Below, in pieces: positions 31,268-57,719 of a stretch of 64,000 nucleotides of DNA. Location of the stretch: assembly GCF_009914755.1 (NCBI RefSeq), contig NC_060941.1; one strand, given 5' to 3'. How positions within the stretch are numbered: position 1 is the first letter of the stretch; the number at the start of each line of letters is the position of its first letter. The notes beneath the pieces were generated by a model. That model worked only from the letters and a program-made list of their open reading frames with translations, had not been told where the DNA came from and did no database searches. The position numbers were made by a program, and so were the translations under genes. The DNA is from the human T2T-CHM13v2.0 reference genome, Homo sapiens.

Positions 31268-32740
31268 CTAACCTCTGCTCTTCCCTTACCTTTCTCCCCA
31301 GAGATAACTATCCTAAAGCTCACTTGTAGCACTTCCATACCCGCTTTTGTACTATTCCTACTTATATTTGTACTTTAAATCTCCATGCTTACATCTATAC
31401 TTTACATTCAGAAATAACATATACGGCTATTTTTGTGTGGGGAAACACAAAGCCTAATCAGAAATTCCTTTTACTTGGAATGCTTTTCTTCCCCATTTTC
31501 CCATCTTAAACAATAATACTACATTTGTTTTGTTTTTGTTGTTGTTTTTAGATGGAATCTCGCTCTGTCGCCCAGGCTGGAGTCCTGTGGTGCAATCTCG
31601 GCTCTCTACAACCTCCGCCTCCGGGTTCAAGTGATTCTCCTGCCTCAGACTCCCAAGTAGTTGGAATTACAGGTGCATGCCACCATGCCCGGGTAATTTT
31701 TGTATTTTTAGAGATACGGTTTCTCCACGTTGGCCAGGCTGGTCTCAAACTCCCGACCTCAGGTGATCTGCCCACCTCGGCCTCCCAAAGTGCTGACTTT
31801 ACAGGTGTGTGCCACCACACCAGCCTACATTTGTTTTTAATAAAACTTTGCTTTATCAAAATGAAATGACTCCAGTTATAAACTTTGCATTCCACATTAA
31901 CACATGGTTAGTTGTTTTGTTTTGTTTTTTAGACAAGTCTCACTCTGTTGCCCAGGCTAGGATGCAGTGGGGTGATCCCGCCTCGGCCTTTCAAAGTGCT
32001 AGGATTACAGGCATGAGCCACTGCACCTGGCCAACACATGGTTAGCTTTAAACCAATAATTACTGTAAGATAAGACAAATCTCCCTGAAGGTTCCATGTA
32101 GAATAGTTTGTAATCCATATTCTAATTATGACTTATAAAACATAGAACTTAGAAAAGTAATTACTCCTAAATAAGTTTGTTCATTTATTAAATTGAGTTT
32201 TACTCTAAAATATGTTCTTAGGTAAACAGAACAGATCTAATTAATCAATTTAACAAGGTGCTGCACTTATAGCAATAAAATCTTTTTCTAATCCTTATTC
32301 AAATTCAAAGTACCAAGCCATTGTTGGGAAATAGTTATTAATTCTCCAAATTATTATGACAATCCTATCCCTTCAAATATTGTTTATTAACCTAAAAATA
32401 TAATTTATGGAGAGCTGCTACTACAAACTATTAAATGGAATTAGCACATATATAGACAGAGAATTACTAACAAGATGTTGTCAGTTTGAATGGTAAACCA
32501 ATGTGTCTCCTAGTAGTCACCTCTTCTCTTCCTAAATAATCACAAAGTGACCACTTTAAAAGCCATTCTAAGCTGGGCATGGTGGCTCATGCCTGTAATC
32601 CCAGCACTTTGGGAGGCCGAGGTGGCTAGATCATGAGGTCAGGAGTTCGAGACCAGCCTGGCCAACATAGTGAAACTCTGTCTTTACTAAAAATACAAAA
32701 ACTAGCCAGGCATGGTGGCATGTGCCTGTCGTCCCAGCTA

Positions 32741-32848
<108 letters not shown>

Positions 32849-33322
32849 TCAAAAAATAATAATAATAATAAAATAAAATAAAATAAAAAAACACAACAAA
32901 AAAAAGCCATTCTAGGATTTTGCTGCAGTGAGTGCCAAGCTCTCTTCTAGAGGAATTGAGCACCTTATCCCCTTTTTTTTTTTTTTTTTTTTTGATACAG
33001 AGTCTCACTCTGTTGCCCAGGCTGGAGTACAGTGGCCTGATCTCTGCTCACTGCAACCTCTGCCTCCTGGGTTCAAGAGAGTCTACTGCCTCAGCTTGCC
33101 AGTAGCTGGGACTGCAGGTGTGTGCCACCACGTCCAGCTAATTTTTGTATTTTTAGTAGAGACAGGGTTTCACCATGTTGGCCAGGCTGGTCCTGAACTG
33201 CAGACCTCAATTGACTCACCTGCCTCAGCCTCCCAAAGTGCTGGGATTACAGGCGTGAGCCACTGTGCCCAGCCAGCCTTATTCATTTTGAAAAACACAA
33301 GGCAGTCGGGTGCAGTGGCTCA

Positions 33323-33694
<372 letters not shown>

Positions 33695-34174
33695 TTATAT
33701 CATCCGTGAGACTTTTTATTCTTGGCTTTAATCCCTCTGGGCCAGGAGCTTTAAACTCAATGGGAATATCCAGTATTCTCTAAACAACATCTCCTCTGTC
33801 AAGAGCTTTGCTTGTCTCTTAACTATTTTGTCACATTTTCTGGTCAGAAAAGCAGCAACATAGGATTGGAGTAGGTCCCTTCTTCCTTTCTCTGTCACTG
33901 CCATTGATAGTATTTCTTATTTTTAAAATAGAGACAGGGTCTCACTTTGTTGCCTGGTCTTGAACTCCTGGGATCAAGCAATCTGCCAGCCTCAGCCTTG
34001 CAAAGTGCTAGGATTACAGGCATGAGCCACCACACCCAAAAGAATAAAATAACTGGATAACTTCCTTCCAGTTCTTTCTGCCACTGAGAAGAAATTAACA
34101 TTCAACTTTATTTTTCTCTCCATACTTTTCTCCCCAGTCATTTCCCAATAGGGAGAAAAAGACATAATTTATTA

Positions 34175-36300
<2,126 letters not shown>

Positions 36301-36320
36301 TATATATATATATTTTTTAA

Positions 36321-36539
<219 letters not shown>

Positions 36540-36618
36540 TGATCTGCCTGCCTCGGCCTCCCAAAGTGCTGGGATTACAAGCATGAGCCACCATGCCCAT
36601 CCAAGAACATTAGATCTA

Positions 36619-36768
<150 letters not shown>

Positions 36769-36922
36769 CTAAAATACAAAAAATCAGCCAGGCGTGGTGG
36801 CAGGTGCCTGTAATCCTAGCTACCCGGGAGGCTGAGGCAGGAGAATCGCTTCAACCCAAGAGGTTGCAGTAAGCTGAGATTGCACCACTGCACTCCAGCC
36901 TGGGCAACAGGAGCGAAACTCC

Positions 36923-37045
36923 AAAAAAAAAAAAAGAGAGAGAGAGAAGAAAGAGAAGGAAGGAAAGAAGGAAGGAAAGAAGGAAAGAAAGAGAGAGAAA
37001 AAGAAAGAAAGAAAGGAAGGAGAAAAAGAAAAAGAAAGAAAGAGA
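36923..37045 (+). repeat. Purine-only low-complexity tract (A/GA/GGAA/GAAA) grown from an Alu tail
   Basis: About 120 nt of only A and G. Confidence 0.9.
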
Positions 37046-38349
37046 CGATGGTCTGTCCATTACATCCCATTCTGTCTCTTCCCTAAGTAAGAACTTCTCT
37101 TTTCCTACTAATGCAGAAGTTTCATCATGAGTTTTGTCTTCTCTGAAAAATGCAGAATGAATTTCTCTGTTTCATCTCTTACTATCTATCTGTTTATCCA
37201 TTTGTCTACTCATCCATCTATCCACTAATCCATCCCTCCATCTACATATTTTTAATCAGAAGAAACCTTAGGAAAAAAGTCTACTTCAATCCTTTCATTT
37301 TATGACTTATTTAGAATGCCAAGATCCCATAAGGAGATGTACTCAAACCATGATTTTGTTAAGCACATATTCTCTAAGCCAATACATTTGGCAGGCAGAA
37401 TCTACCAAGCATAATGTAAAAACTAGCTGGGAATGGTGGCTCACGTCTGTAATCCCAGCGCTTTGGGAGGCTGAGGTGGAAGGATCACTTGAGCTCAGGA
37501 GTCTGAGACCAGCCTGGGCAACATAACAAGACCCTATCTCTACAAAAAATTTAAAAATTAGCAAGGTGTGGTGGTAGCAAGGCGCACCTGTAGTCCCAGC
37601 TACTTGGGAGGGTGAAGTAAGAGGATCACTTGAGCCTAGGAGGTCAAGACTGCAGTGAGCCATGGTTGTGCCACTGCATTCCAGCCTGGATGACAGAACA
37701 AAACCTTGTCTCCAAAAAAGAAAAGCAAAACAAAAAGGTAAAAACTTGACTCAGGGTGTAAACATTGAAGATGAATGAGAAACAATAGTATTGTGTTCAA
37801 AAAGAAGTTAAAGCTGTAATGTTTGAACTCATCTTTTTTTTTTTTTTTTGAAAATGGAAACTGTGAGCTCTGAGGGACAGAGGTCATGACTTATTCATGT
37901 TTGCCTTACACCACATCTGACACACAGCAGATGTTCCATGAACATTTGAATGAAGGAATGATTAAATCAATAAAATTACTTTTAGTAGGATTATGTTCTT
38001 GGCCCTGATTCAGATATGTCCAATTTTTCTAGCCTGGTAGACTCTTTTTTGAATGCTGATGTCACTACCCAATATCTCTATTTCTTTAATTATAATATAT
38101 ATTTTTTCATATTATAATATTTCTGAAATCATGATGCATCTCTTATAGTTGATTCATTCAGATAATGTGTTATTTTTTCTGAAAAACTTATCAAATCAAT
38201 GGTGCATCTTACAATCATTGACATCTCAAAGCTCAGGAAATTAACTTGCTAATACTAGCTTGCTGTCAAAGTTTTGTATCATCAGAAAATGTGAGAGGTA
38301 TACATCTAAGTCATTGAAATTGTTAAACAAGTAAAAGAAAAGGCAGAGC

Positions 38350-39800
<1,451 letters not shown>

Positions 39801-39804
39801 GAAT

Positions 39805-40297
39805 TGTGGTAGCCGGTCTCCAAGATGGCCCCATGATCCATACCTCCTGGTATTCATGCCTTTGGGTCATTCCGTCCCTTAGTTGTGGACTGGACTTAAT
39901 GAGTCACTTCTAATTAATAGAATAAGACAGTATGCTGGGATATAACTTAGAGACAAGGCTATTAAAGGCAATATGGCATCATTCCCTTTATCTTGTATCA
40001 CTTGCTCTGGGGGAAGCCAGCTGTCATACAGTGAGCAGCCCTATGGCAAGGCCCACGTGATGAAGAACTGCAATCTCTTGCCAACAAGCAAGTGAGTGAG
40101 CTTGAAGTGGATCTTCTAGACTCAGTCAAACCTTAAGTTGACTGCATCTGCAGCTGACAGTTTGACTTCAACCTCATCAAAGACCCTGGATTAGAACCAC
40201 CCAACTAAATTGCACCAGGATTCCTGACCTTCCAAAACCATTTTAAAGTTGATATATTTGGGGGTAATTTGTTTTTCAGCAATAGACAACAAATACA
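39805..40297 (+). mobile_element. MaLR LTR (MLT1E/F-like)
   Basis: TGTGGTAGCCGGTCTCCAAGATGGCCCC...GGGGGTAATTTGTTTTTCAGCAATAGACAACAAATACA. Confidence 0.82.
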
Positions 40298-40438
40298 GGG
40301 ATGTCATAGATGGTTCAGATATCTTGTTGGAACATAGTATTTTGTCTTTTATGATCCCTTTAACTTTGAGAGTCTATGATCAGGTATGAAATGATATTTT
40401 TGTCCAGAAGATTATTCCCCAATGGGAGTTAATGCTAA

Positions 40439-40606
<168 letters not shown>

Positions 40607-40916
40607 TGAAATTATAGGCACCCACCCCCACACCCAGCTAATTTCTGTATTTTTAGTAGAGATGGGGTTTTGCCATGTTGGCCATGCTGGTCTCGAACTC
40701 CTGACCTCAAGTGATCTACCCATCTCAGCCTCCCAAAATGCTGGGATTACAGGTGTGAGCCACCGCACCCAGCCTAGAAACACTACCTCTTATAGCCGGA
40801 ATCCTATTATCCAACTCCACTCTACCATTTCTTTACTCTTGGTTCCACCCTTGCCCCTTCACCTACCACAGCCTGCTTCTTATCTGTGTTTACTTAAACA
40901 CAGGCTTTGCTCCACC

Positions 40917-41145
40917 CAGCACCTGTGCAGCCCATTCCTGATCTGCCAGATCCTGCGGATCATTATCTACTCCTGGCCATGATCCAGAGCCAGGAAGCTT
41001 CCTATTCAGCCAATATTCCAGCCCAGCCTCCTCTCTCTCCTTGCTGCTCTGGTCAATTTAGTCCTAGCATGTGGACTCTGACAGGCACAAAGGTGTTAGT
41101 AAATTTGGGGGTCTCTTTGGACAGGGTTCAGGGCTATAATCATAT
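40917..41145 (+). repeat. Copy B (putative donor) of the ~230-bp duplication
   Basis: Same orientation, about 2478 bp downstream; no TSD seen. 41068-41109 is identical to 38590-38631. Confidence 0.92.
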
Positions 41146-41271
41146 TTTGAAAGCTTTCAGGTAGGGCATCCCACAAGGCTCATTCTGTCCCAGAAACCTC
41201 AAGTTTTCTGATTTCTACTCTACATCTTGTATACATTGGATCTTTCTTTTACTTAATGTCTTAAATAATTA

Positions 41272-41379
<108 letters not shown>

Positions 41380-42730
41380 TCATTTGAGGTCAGGAGTTCG
41401 AGATCAGCCTGGCCAACAAGGTGAAACCCTGTCTCTACTAAAAATACAAAAAATTAGCTGGGCGTGGTGGTGGGTGCCTTTAATCCCAGCTACTCAGGAG
41501 GCTGAGACAGGAGAATCGCTTAAATCCAGGACACGGAAGTTGCAGTGAGCCGAGATCACGCCACTGCACACTCCAGCCTGGGCGATTAAATGAGACTCTA
41601 TTTCGGAAAAAAAAAAGAAACAACCTTTGGAGATTCATTTTAACCATTCATTTATAAAATTTTAAAGATAGTCTTTCACCTATAGCACTAGTGATTGCCT
41701 CTAAGGCTCTCAATACAAGTGTAATAAAATAGTCATTTGTCTCAGAGTACAGGGCTGGGGCAGAAGAGGGCCCAAAGAAATGCTTTTATAAACATGTTAA
41801 GATCTTTGTGAAAGTAACTAATTCATGAATCTGTTTACCTTGGCAGTGTCTATAGGGTTCATGATTTCATGCCTGACGTTTTTCTTTTCTGCTCCAATAC
41901 AAAAGTAAATCAGGCAAATGCATACTAGTTTTCCTAAAGATTCTTGAACAAACTTTTGTACAAACCAGTGCCAAAAGCTGCACTAAAAGTAGAGGAAAAA
42001 GAGTTATTCTGGATGTGTTTAGCACCTATAAAATACTCAAGTAAATTGTGACTATTACTTTCAGTCAAATAGATGATCAAAGACATCCTCTCCTTTTGAT
42101 CCTAGTTGTTCAGATTTCTACTGCCTTCCTCATCGGTAGAATTCACTAGGTCTATAGATAAAATCTGCAAAAACCTCAGCTATCAACAGGCAACTCCACA
42201 GCCTTTTAACAATATTGCTGTACCTTATTTTAGCACCTTATATTTCCCTGTCACTTTACACCATGACATTCCTGCATTGAAATCATTATGTAAAATGAAA
42301 TGTGAAGGGAAGCAGTTGTCAACTTTAGAAAGATCTGAGCATTTACACACCTGGCCCTTTCCAGTGGGCAGTTCAAAGGCAAAGCAATCTAGTCACAGAG
42401 GGAGGAGAGTTAAACTGAAACTATGACTACACAGTGTCTTTATTACTTTGAAGACCAAAGGGTGTTTGATCCTTGTTCTAATACCAGCTTCTTGGTAACA
42501 CTGTATAAAGTGCACTGATGCATCTCCAGCATCTACGTTAGCATTTAATTCTTGCTCATCTACCTTTCCAAACAATCATGAGGAGTGTAAATAAAGAATA
42601 TATTGTATTTAATAAATGCAAGTGACAGCATGGGAAATATATACTTCCTTTTAAAAGTAGTGTTTTAGGCTGGGCGCAGTGACTCACACCTATAATCCCA
42701 GCATTTTGGGAGGCCGAGGCAGGCGAATCA

Positions 42731-42970
<240 letters not shown>

Positions 42971-43457
42971 TTAAATTTATTTGGTCAATATAGAAGAAAT
43001 ACATGCTCATTACAGGAGATTTGGAAAATGTCAAAAAGATGAAAGAAATTTTAAAAAATCACATTATACCCACCACCCAAAAGATAGCCATTAATAATGT
43101 TTCAATTTCCTTTTGGGCTTTTATTCATGCACAGTTTAAAAAAAAAAACATTGCTGTGATCATTCTCTCTCTATATAGTATGTATATACTTTTGTGTCCT
43201 ATTTTCACTTCCAATTATAACATAAGCAAAAAATGCATACTTTGAAAGTTGATGTGAGTTCAGAGTTTAGTAAAAATATGTGTTTCATTTGAATTGGAGT
43301 CAAGACTATAATATTCCTTTGAACATTATACAACATGCTTCTTCATCATTCCACCATTCCCTTTTGCATTGTTTAAGTTGAACATTACATCTTTTCTAGA
43401 TTTTGGATAATGTTATGTTTTGGACAGTGAATATGATTGCTAGCAGTTATTTTATGA

Positions 43458-43715
<258 letters not shown>

Positions 43716-44738
43716 TGAACTCCCGACCTCAGGTTATTTGCCCGCCTCAGCCTCCCAAAATGCTGGGATTACAGGCGTGAGCCACTGGGCCTGGCCAAAA
43801 ACATTATTTTAAATCTATTCGTTTGCACCAGGTCTGACATTTATATCAAGAAATATTTTATTCGACTTATTAACATATTACCAAAGATCTAGCATTATCT
43901 TTAAATTGAAATAATTGTTTCTTATAATAATAATAGGCTTCAGTGAAGCAATGATTTTAAAACTCCATATCACAAATATTTATTAAACTCTTCAATGTTA
44001 CATCAGTTTTCCTCCCACACACCCATACTGCAGTCCCAGAATAAGACGCATAAGGAGTAGTAATCAAGAATTAAGACTTTCTTGTTAAAAACTGTCAAAA
44101 ACTTGCTACACCAGCATCCAGCGACAGGAGGAGAAATGTCTCCAGTCTATTACACTCCCCTGCAAGCCAGGTTTTAATTTGTTGAGAAGGGGGAAAAGCC
44201 TATAAAAATCTTGGCAAAATACAGAGCTGCTAATTTAATCAATTTTAGTAGTTAAAGCAGTGATTTCAAGTGCTAACACAATCTGTTGAAAGAACTAATT
44301 TCCAAGGTAGGGGAGATTCATTTATTTCTACTTTTTCTTCCCAGTTTTCCAATCTAAGGCTATGTGGGCAGCCATCATGCACTCACTGAGACACCCCCTC
44401 CCATGAGTTGAGTCTTGGGCCCTAACTCAATCCCTGAAGAAGCAGAGAAACAGGCCTTCCTTTCCCCTGGGGAGGGCTTTCCAGGTGCAGATGAAGTAGA
44501 CCTCAACTGATAGATGCCTGTAGTAATAGACACTTGCTTGAGGGTGCATTAAGAGCTAAAATCATGCTGAACCACAAGAAAGGGCTGGGTGCTTGCTACA
44601 CACTGCCCCTGAGAGTGAGAAGGGGTGCTCTGCATCTCCCCTCATTCTGAAATCTCCCAATTCTCGGCCAAGTGCAGTGGCTCACACCTGTAATCCCAGC
44701 TGTTTGGGAGGCCAAGGCGGGTGGATCAACTGAGGTCA

Positions 44739-45073
<335 letters not shown>

Positions 45074-45397
45074 TTATACCCCCTTGAAAGCTATACAATG
45101 AGACATTAATTACCTTGAGAAAGGGTTGCTACAGCAGAAAAGGATTTTTGAGTATGAGCCAAATCCTGAAGATCTCAGAGCATGAACAATTTAGAATATT
45201 GCTAAGCGCCACCTCTGAAACTAGATAAAGTTTACTTGGGCTGGAGGAATGGAGAGAGAGAATCAGAAGGAAAGAAGGTTTAGATAGCAGTAGGTTCCTA
45301 AGAAAGGGTCAGGGAACTTCCTCAGGCTGGGCACGGTGGCTCATGACTGTAATCCCAGCACTTTGGGAGGCCAAGGTGAGTGGATCACCTGAGGTTA

Positions 45398-46684
<1,287 letters not shown>

Positions 46685-47904
46685 CTAACTAAATAAATAT
46701 AAATAAATAATAAAATAAAATAAAAATAGCCACCTGGGCCAAAGACAGAAGAATCAGATAGGACGTGGTACATGTTGGCAGATGCCAGCATGGTCTGATG
46801 AACAACGGCAAGACACTACCTGTCCCCACCCTGATGCTGTGCCACTAGGTAAGTCCCCAGATCTCAGAGGAAAAGAGCAGTGGGAACCCTAAACTGACTA
46901 ATATTTGATATCTGCCACGTAGCAGAATGACACTCTTCGAGTGCAAAAGAGAAATTAAGTCTTGGAAAAATGGAAAAAGGTATATTTCTTGCAAAACTGA
47001 TTCATGTCATGAGATTTATGGTGGTCACATGTATCCCATGGAATTTCCAATATACGTATACCATAGGCAAAAAGACTTTGAAAAAATGTCACAGTATTAG
47101 ACTTTGAATAAGAGTTGGACATCATGCAGGAGTGTGAAGAAAAGAACATCTTTGTTGTTTTCTGATCAATATCACCTTCAGACTGGAATTACAGCTTCAC
47201 TCTATTTCTTCGGGGGTGGGGTAACTATTTTCCTTAGTTTGTTCAAGAATGGATCGACCGATTAATCAAAATTTTAGAAATAACTGGAGGACTGTACTAT
47301 GCTGCCTGCTTTCATTAACTGCTCAGTTGGTGGACTGACAAAGCACTGTAATCATTTCTTCACAATTCCCATGGTAAAGTCATCCCAAATGTCACCAGCA
47401 TCATTCACTTCCCCATCAACTGCCACGTCTCTGCCGTGTCATGATGACCTGGGATAAAGGCTGTGGGTGGGGACAAGGGTTGTCACAAGTTGTAGATTAG
47501 ACAAACCAGAGGGGACCTCAGAAAAGCATTTATTTTGGTTCTGGCTTCCAAGCAGGTCTGCAGCCAGATCGTTCAAGAGAACGATTGTCTATCCTATGTT
47601 TAAAGATCCCCAAAGAAGGCAATCTCTAGTAAGCTGTTTTAATATATAAAATCTATATTTTGAGAAGTTTCCTCCTTTTATCAAATCTAAACCCATCTCT
47701 TTTTGTTTTCGTCTTAGCGGTAATAAAAATACATCATATGATTCTGTTCTGAAATCCTGTTTTGGGCTTATAGATAATATTTATTCTGCTAGAGATGTTG
47801 GCCCTTTTAGAAAAGAGTTTCTGGGCCGGGCACGGTGGCTCAAGCCTGTAATCCCAGCACTTTGGGAGGCCGAGGCGGGTGGATTGCCTGAGCTCAGGAG
47901 TTCA

Positions 47905-48174
<270 letters not shown>

Positions 48175-49017
48175 TCAGAGGCAGATTCCTGATGACTAAT
48201 GGGGTGATTTTTTTTTTTTTTTTGAGATGGAGTTTCGCTCTTGCTGCCCAGGCTAGAGTGCAATGGCGTGATCTTGGCTCACTACAACCTCTGCCTCCTG
48301 GTTTCAATTGAGATGGGGTTTCTCCATGCTGGTCAGGCTGGTCTCGAGCTCCTGACCTCAGGTGATCCACCCACCTTGGCCTCCCAAAGTGGTGGGATTA
48401 TAGGTGTGAGCCACTGCTCCTGGCCTAATGGGGTGATTTTATGCAGTGTGAGAGCCAGTAGCTGGGTAGCTGGATGCTTGTCTGAAGTGCTGCCTTTCCC
48501 TCAGGCACTGCTTGTGTGGAGATACCCAGGAGAGGACCAGAAAGAGCTCTCCTGTTGTGTCAGCTGTGAGGAAGGAAGGGAGAAACAAGAAGTGAAACCT
48601 GAGGCAGGACACCCTATTACGTGGCACAGACAGGGTCACCTCATGGGCAGTAGCTGTGACAGGGGACGCCAGAGCAGAGATTTTGGTGGCAAAATACCTT
48701 GAAGTCCTGAACTTTGAAGTCCTATATGAAAATATCTTGAAGTTCTACGTGAACCTTAGATGGACATTACTCTAAGACAAGGATTTAAGATGAGTTACAA
48801 AAGAGTATTCCATTCTAGCATGGCAAGAAACCCGGGCAAAGATTATTAAGTGATCAATAAAGCTAAAGGTTAGTGGAAAAATGTAGTAAAGTCTACACAG
48901 GTACTTGTGAGCTTTGTTTTTCCCAATGATATCTTTAATTAAATGAGTAATGTCCGCCGGGCGTAGTGGCTCACACCTGTAATCTCAATACTATGGGAGG
49001 CTGAAGTGGGAGGATCA

Positions 49018-49281
<264 letters not shown>

Positions 49282-49406
49282 TTAAAGCAACATTGAAATA
49301 CATTCTCATCGTAAAAAAGTAAGCATTAGAATTATGGCTAATGGGCCCGGCACAGTGGCTCACACCTATAATCCCAACACTTTGGAAGGCTGAGGCACGC
49401 AGATCA

Positions 49407-49613
<207 letters not shown>

Positions 49614-51752
49614 TCAAAAAACAAACAAACAAAAGAATTATGGCTAATGTCCTCTTTGACCATTTCTTTCCCCCTACAACTTCCCCAGCACCCCCCATCC
49701 TAATAGTCACCCTAGAGAAGGGTCATTCTGTGTTTGGGAGATAACTTTCTGCTTTTCTGGCCAGTACAGCCTCTTCCTCTTGGGGTAAAGGAAGATAACG
49801 GGTAAGATGGCGAGGATGAGTCAATATTTCCTCTATTCTTGGACACAGGTTCAAAAGAGAATCATTGGGAGTTTCTCAGTCCAACCAAATCATGATGCAA
49901 TCCGGAAAAAGAACCTAAAATTTTGGCATGTAGTCTTCATTTTTCAATTTGCAGTATCAATGCCGATTTGTTTTTTTGTGTGTATATCTTTACAATTTTT
50001 TTTTGTTTCTTTAGGATTTTTTTTTTTTTTTGAGACAGAGTTTCGCTGTTGTTGCCCAGGCTGGAGTGCAATGGCACGATCTCGGCTCACCGACCTCCGC
50101 CTCCCAGGTTCAAGCAATTCTCCTGCCTCAGCCTCCTGAGTAGTTGGGATTACAGGCATGCACCACCACGTCCGGCTAATTTTTTGTATTTTCAGTAGAG
50201 ACGGGGTTTCTCCATGTTGAGGCTGGTCTCGAACTCCTGACCTCATATGATCCGCCCGCCTCAGCCTCCCAAAGTGCTGGGATTACAGGCGTGAGCCAAC
50301 CCGCCCAGGCTTCTTCAGGCATTTTTCAAAAGAAATTAAGGGAAGGTACATCAAGCCCAACTGATCTGCCATCATTAACCTGGAAGCTTTTCATTCAATT
50401 TTATGTGTCATCAATCTTGGCTTCTAATCTCTGGAATATTGTGATAATTTCAAAATGATCTCCCTATTTCTCTATCTCCTCATCTACCCATCTTTCTTCT
50501 CTCAACTCCCTTCCCTCTAATTCATCCATAGTCATAGTTATAAAACATCATTGTTAGCCAGATGTGGTGGCCCACGCCTGTAATCCCAGCACTTTGGGAG
50601 GTTGAGGCAGGTGGATCAACTGAGGTCAGGAGTTTGAGACCAGCCTGGCCAACATGGCGAAACCCTGTATCTACTAAAAGTACAAAAATTAGCTGGGCAT
50701 GGGGGCGGGCACCTGTATCCCAGCTACTCAGGAGGCTGAGGCAGGAGAATGGCTTGAATGTGGGAGGCAGAGGTTGCAGTGAGCCGAGATCTCACCACTG
50801 CACTCCAGCCTGGGCTACAAGAGCAAGACTCTGTCTCAAAAAAAAGAAAAAATAATAAAAAATAAAACATCATTGTTATTTTATCAATCTTCAGCAGCTT
50901 TTCATTGCCTACAGAATGGAGTCTCAGTTCCTCAGGTTGGCATTCCACAATCTGATTCCAAAATGTGAATCTATACTTAAACTACTCACTACTCAAACTT
51001 CATTCCAACCATTGTTCCTGAATGTTCTGTGTGTTATGCCTATCTTGACATCAATACTCCAACCTTTACCTATCTACATTCTGTTCCCTTCATTTCTCTG
51101 AGTTCCATCTGTCTTTCAGAGTAGTGTGCTAGCACTGTGTGTCACACAGAAATGAATTTTACAATGTAGAAATCCTGTACTCATTTGCAGTACAATTTGA
51201 CAGTACATTTCAATAACCATAGAAGTGTTCAAATCCTTGGGCTCAGAAATCCCACTCTTGAGAATTTATTCTCTAATAAACAGAAATAGAGGAAAGGTTA
51301 AGTCAATTATGGTACATGTACTTAATAAAATAGAATACAGCTATTTAAAATTATAACTAGAAGCACTATATAGCTTATGAAAATGCTTATGAGTAATTAA
51401 AGAAAAACAGAGAATAAAATTGTGATTAAATCTGGAAACCTGGAAAGGGAACTAAAGAAACAGTTGAACTAAAGAAACAGTTGATTTGTGGGGTGGTGGG
51501 AGGTTACGTTATTCTTTTTCTTTTATTTGGATTCCCTTGATGCCATCCTTTTTTTTTTTTTTTTTTTTTGATGAAGAAAGTCTCCCTCTGTTGCTCAGGC
51601 TGAAGGGCAGTGGTGCAATCTCAGCTCACGGCAACCTCCACCTCCGCTTCCTGGGTTCAAGTGATTCTCCGGCCTCAGCCTCCCAAAGTGCTCGGATTGC
51701 AGGCATGAGCCACTGTGCCCGGCCCCTTGTTGCCATCTTAACACTGTTCTTA

Positions 51753-52100
<348 letters not shown>

Positions 52101-52133
52101 TTAAAGAGTAATGTAGAGTTCTTATTTAAACTA

Positions 52134-52463
<330 letters not shown>

Positions 52464-52464
52464 T

Positions 52465-55315
<2,851 letters not shown>

Positions 55316-55398
55316 ATTCTGCATACTGATAGCATTGGCATTACCTGGGATGTTGTAAGAAATGCTGAACCCCAAACTCCATCTGCATGCAGACCTTG

Positions 55399-55792
55399 TG
55401 TTGTAGGTCAGGTTCCCCAGGAAACAGGCCCTAAGATTCTGAAAGCTGCATACAGGAGGTTTATTAAGGGGAGAATTTAGAGGGAACGAAGTAGGATTGA
55501 GTAGGATTGAATCCATCTGCAGTGCAATTTGACAGAAGCCTCAGCTGAGCCTACAGGGACCTCTGGAGCTGGAATTACCTTCAGGGTAGGCCCTCTCATC
55601 AAGCAGTCATTGGATGTGACTGCCCCCAAGGTCTGACCTTGGTTGGGCAAGGTGATTCTCTTTAGCTGAAGGAAATTTCCAGAGAATGACTCAGCTGAGA
55701 ACCATCAGCTGCCAACACTCCCGGCAGCTGGGTAAATGAGAGCCTCCATCCTGAAAAGAGAATCTGGGCAACTCACCATAGCACCCACTACA
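55399..55792 (-). mobile_element. ERV-L LTR (LTR16-like); 3' LTR of the adjacent provirus remnant
   Basis: Matches recalled LTR16 consensus in reverse (…CAGCTGCCAACACTCCCGGCAGCTGGG…CACCATAGCACCCACTACA). On the minus strand it is preceded by a PPT-like AAGGAGTGCAC. Confidence 0.78.
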
Positions 55793-55968
55793 GTGCACTC
55801 CTTGCACCTTTTGAGTCCACTTGTTTCATAGAATAAGTTCACTCCATCTTGGAAGAGTTCCTTCAGGGTTCTTATTGGTCTCTTTTCCTAAGGAAACTTG
55901 TAAAGACAGTGGGATGAACCACATCCTTGCCCCCGCCAATACCACAGCTGGTGTCAAGGTCACAATCA

Positions 55969-56524
<556 letters not shown>

Positions 56525-57100
56525 TTACTCTTCCCTGCCTCCATCATGTGACAGCAGTCCTATCTCCTCCTGATGAGGGCAATTCCTCCTGACAGGATGA
56601 TGACTCATTTCCTTGCCTGCTGGTATCCTGGTATAAAGTGCCTAATGTGACTGACAGTTTACTAGAACTCTTGTGTCCCCTGGTGGAAATATTTTCCCTC
56701 TGGGATTGAAGACTTCTAGATCCACAGAACCTAGAAGCACAAATTCCCTAAGTGAGCTATTGGGAGGGATGATAAACAGCCACTCCTACTTCTACCCTTT
56801 GGTTCCCAGACTCACACATTCTACCGTTTTAGGGACACAGCACTATATAACGGGCACTGACTTAGGGTATATACTGCATTCTGTAGGACGCCATCTATCA
56901 ACTCTAAGCTGGTGTCTCAGCTGGCTTTCAAAGGCCATCCCATTACTGTCAGGCCAGATGTCTCTGGGTAGCATGGAATACGATAGGACCTCTGGATCCC
57001 ATGGTAAAGTGTCCTACTGACATACCTCCTTTACTGTTAAGTGGATCCCTTGAGCCAATACAATGTTTTATGGGTTCCCATCATGGTGAGTGAAGCACTA

Positions 57101-57634
<534 letters not shown>

Positions 57635-57719
57635 TCAGCACTAGGGTAAGTTACAGCAGCCTTTATAAATGACGTTGGGCCCTTGAGTAGCTTCTATCCT
57701 TTCCAATGTGGATACTCAC

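Noticed and set aside
51449-51484. 17-bp perfect tandem duplication GAACTAAAGAAACAGTT x2
   Set aside because: Common micro-duplication in decayed L1-like sequence; no sign of function.
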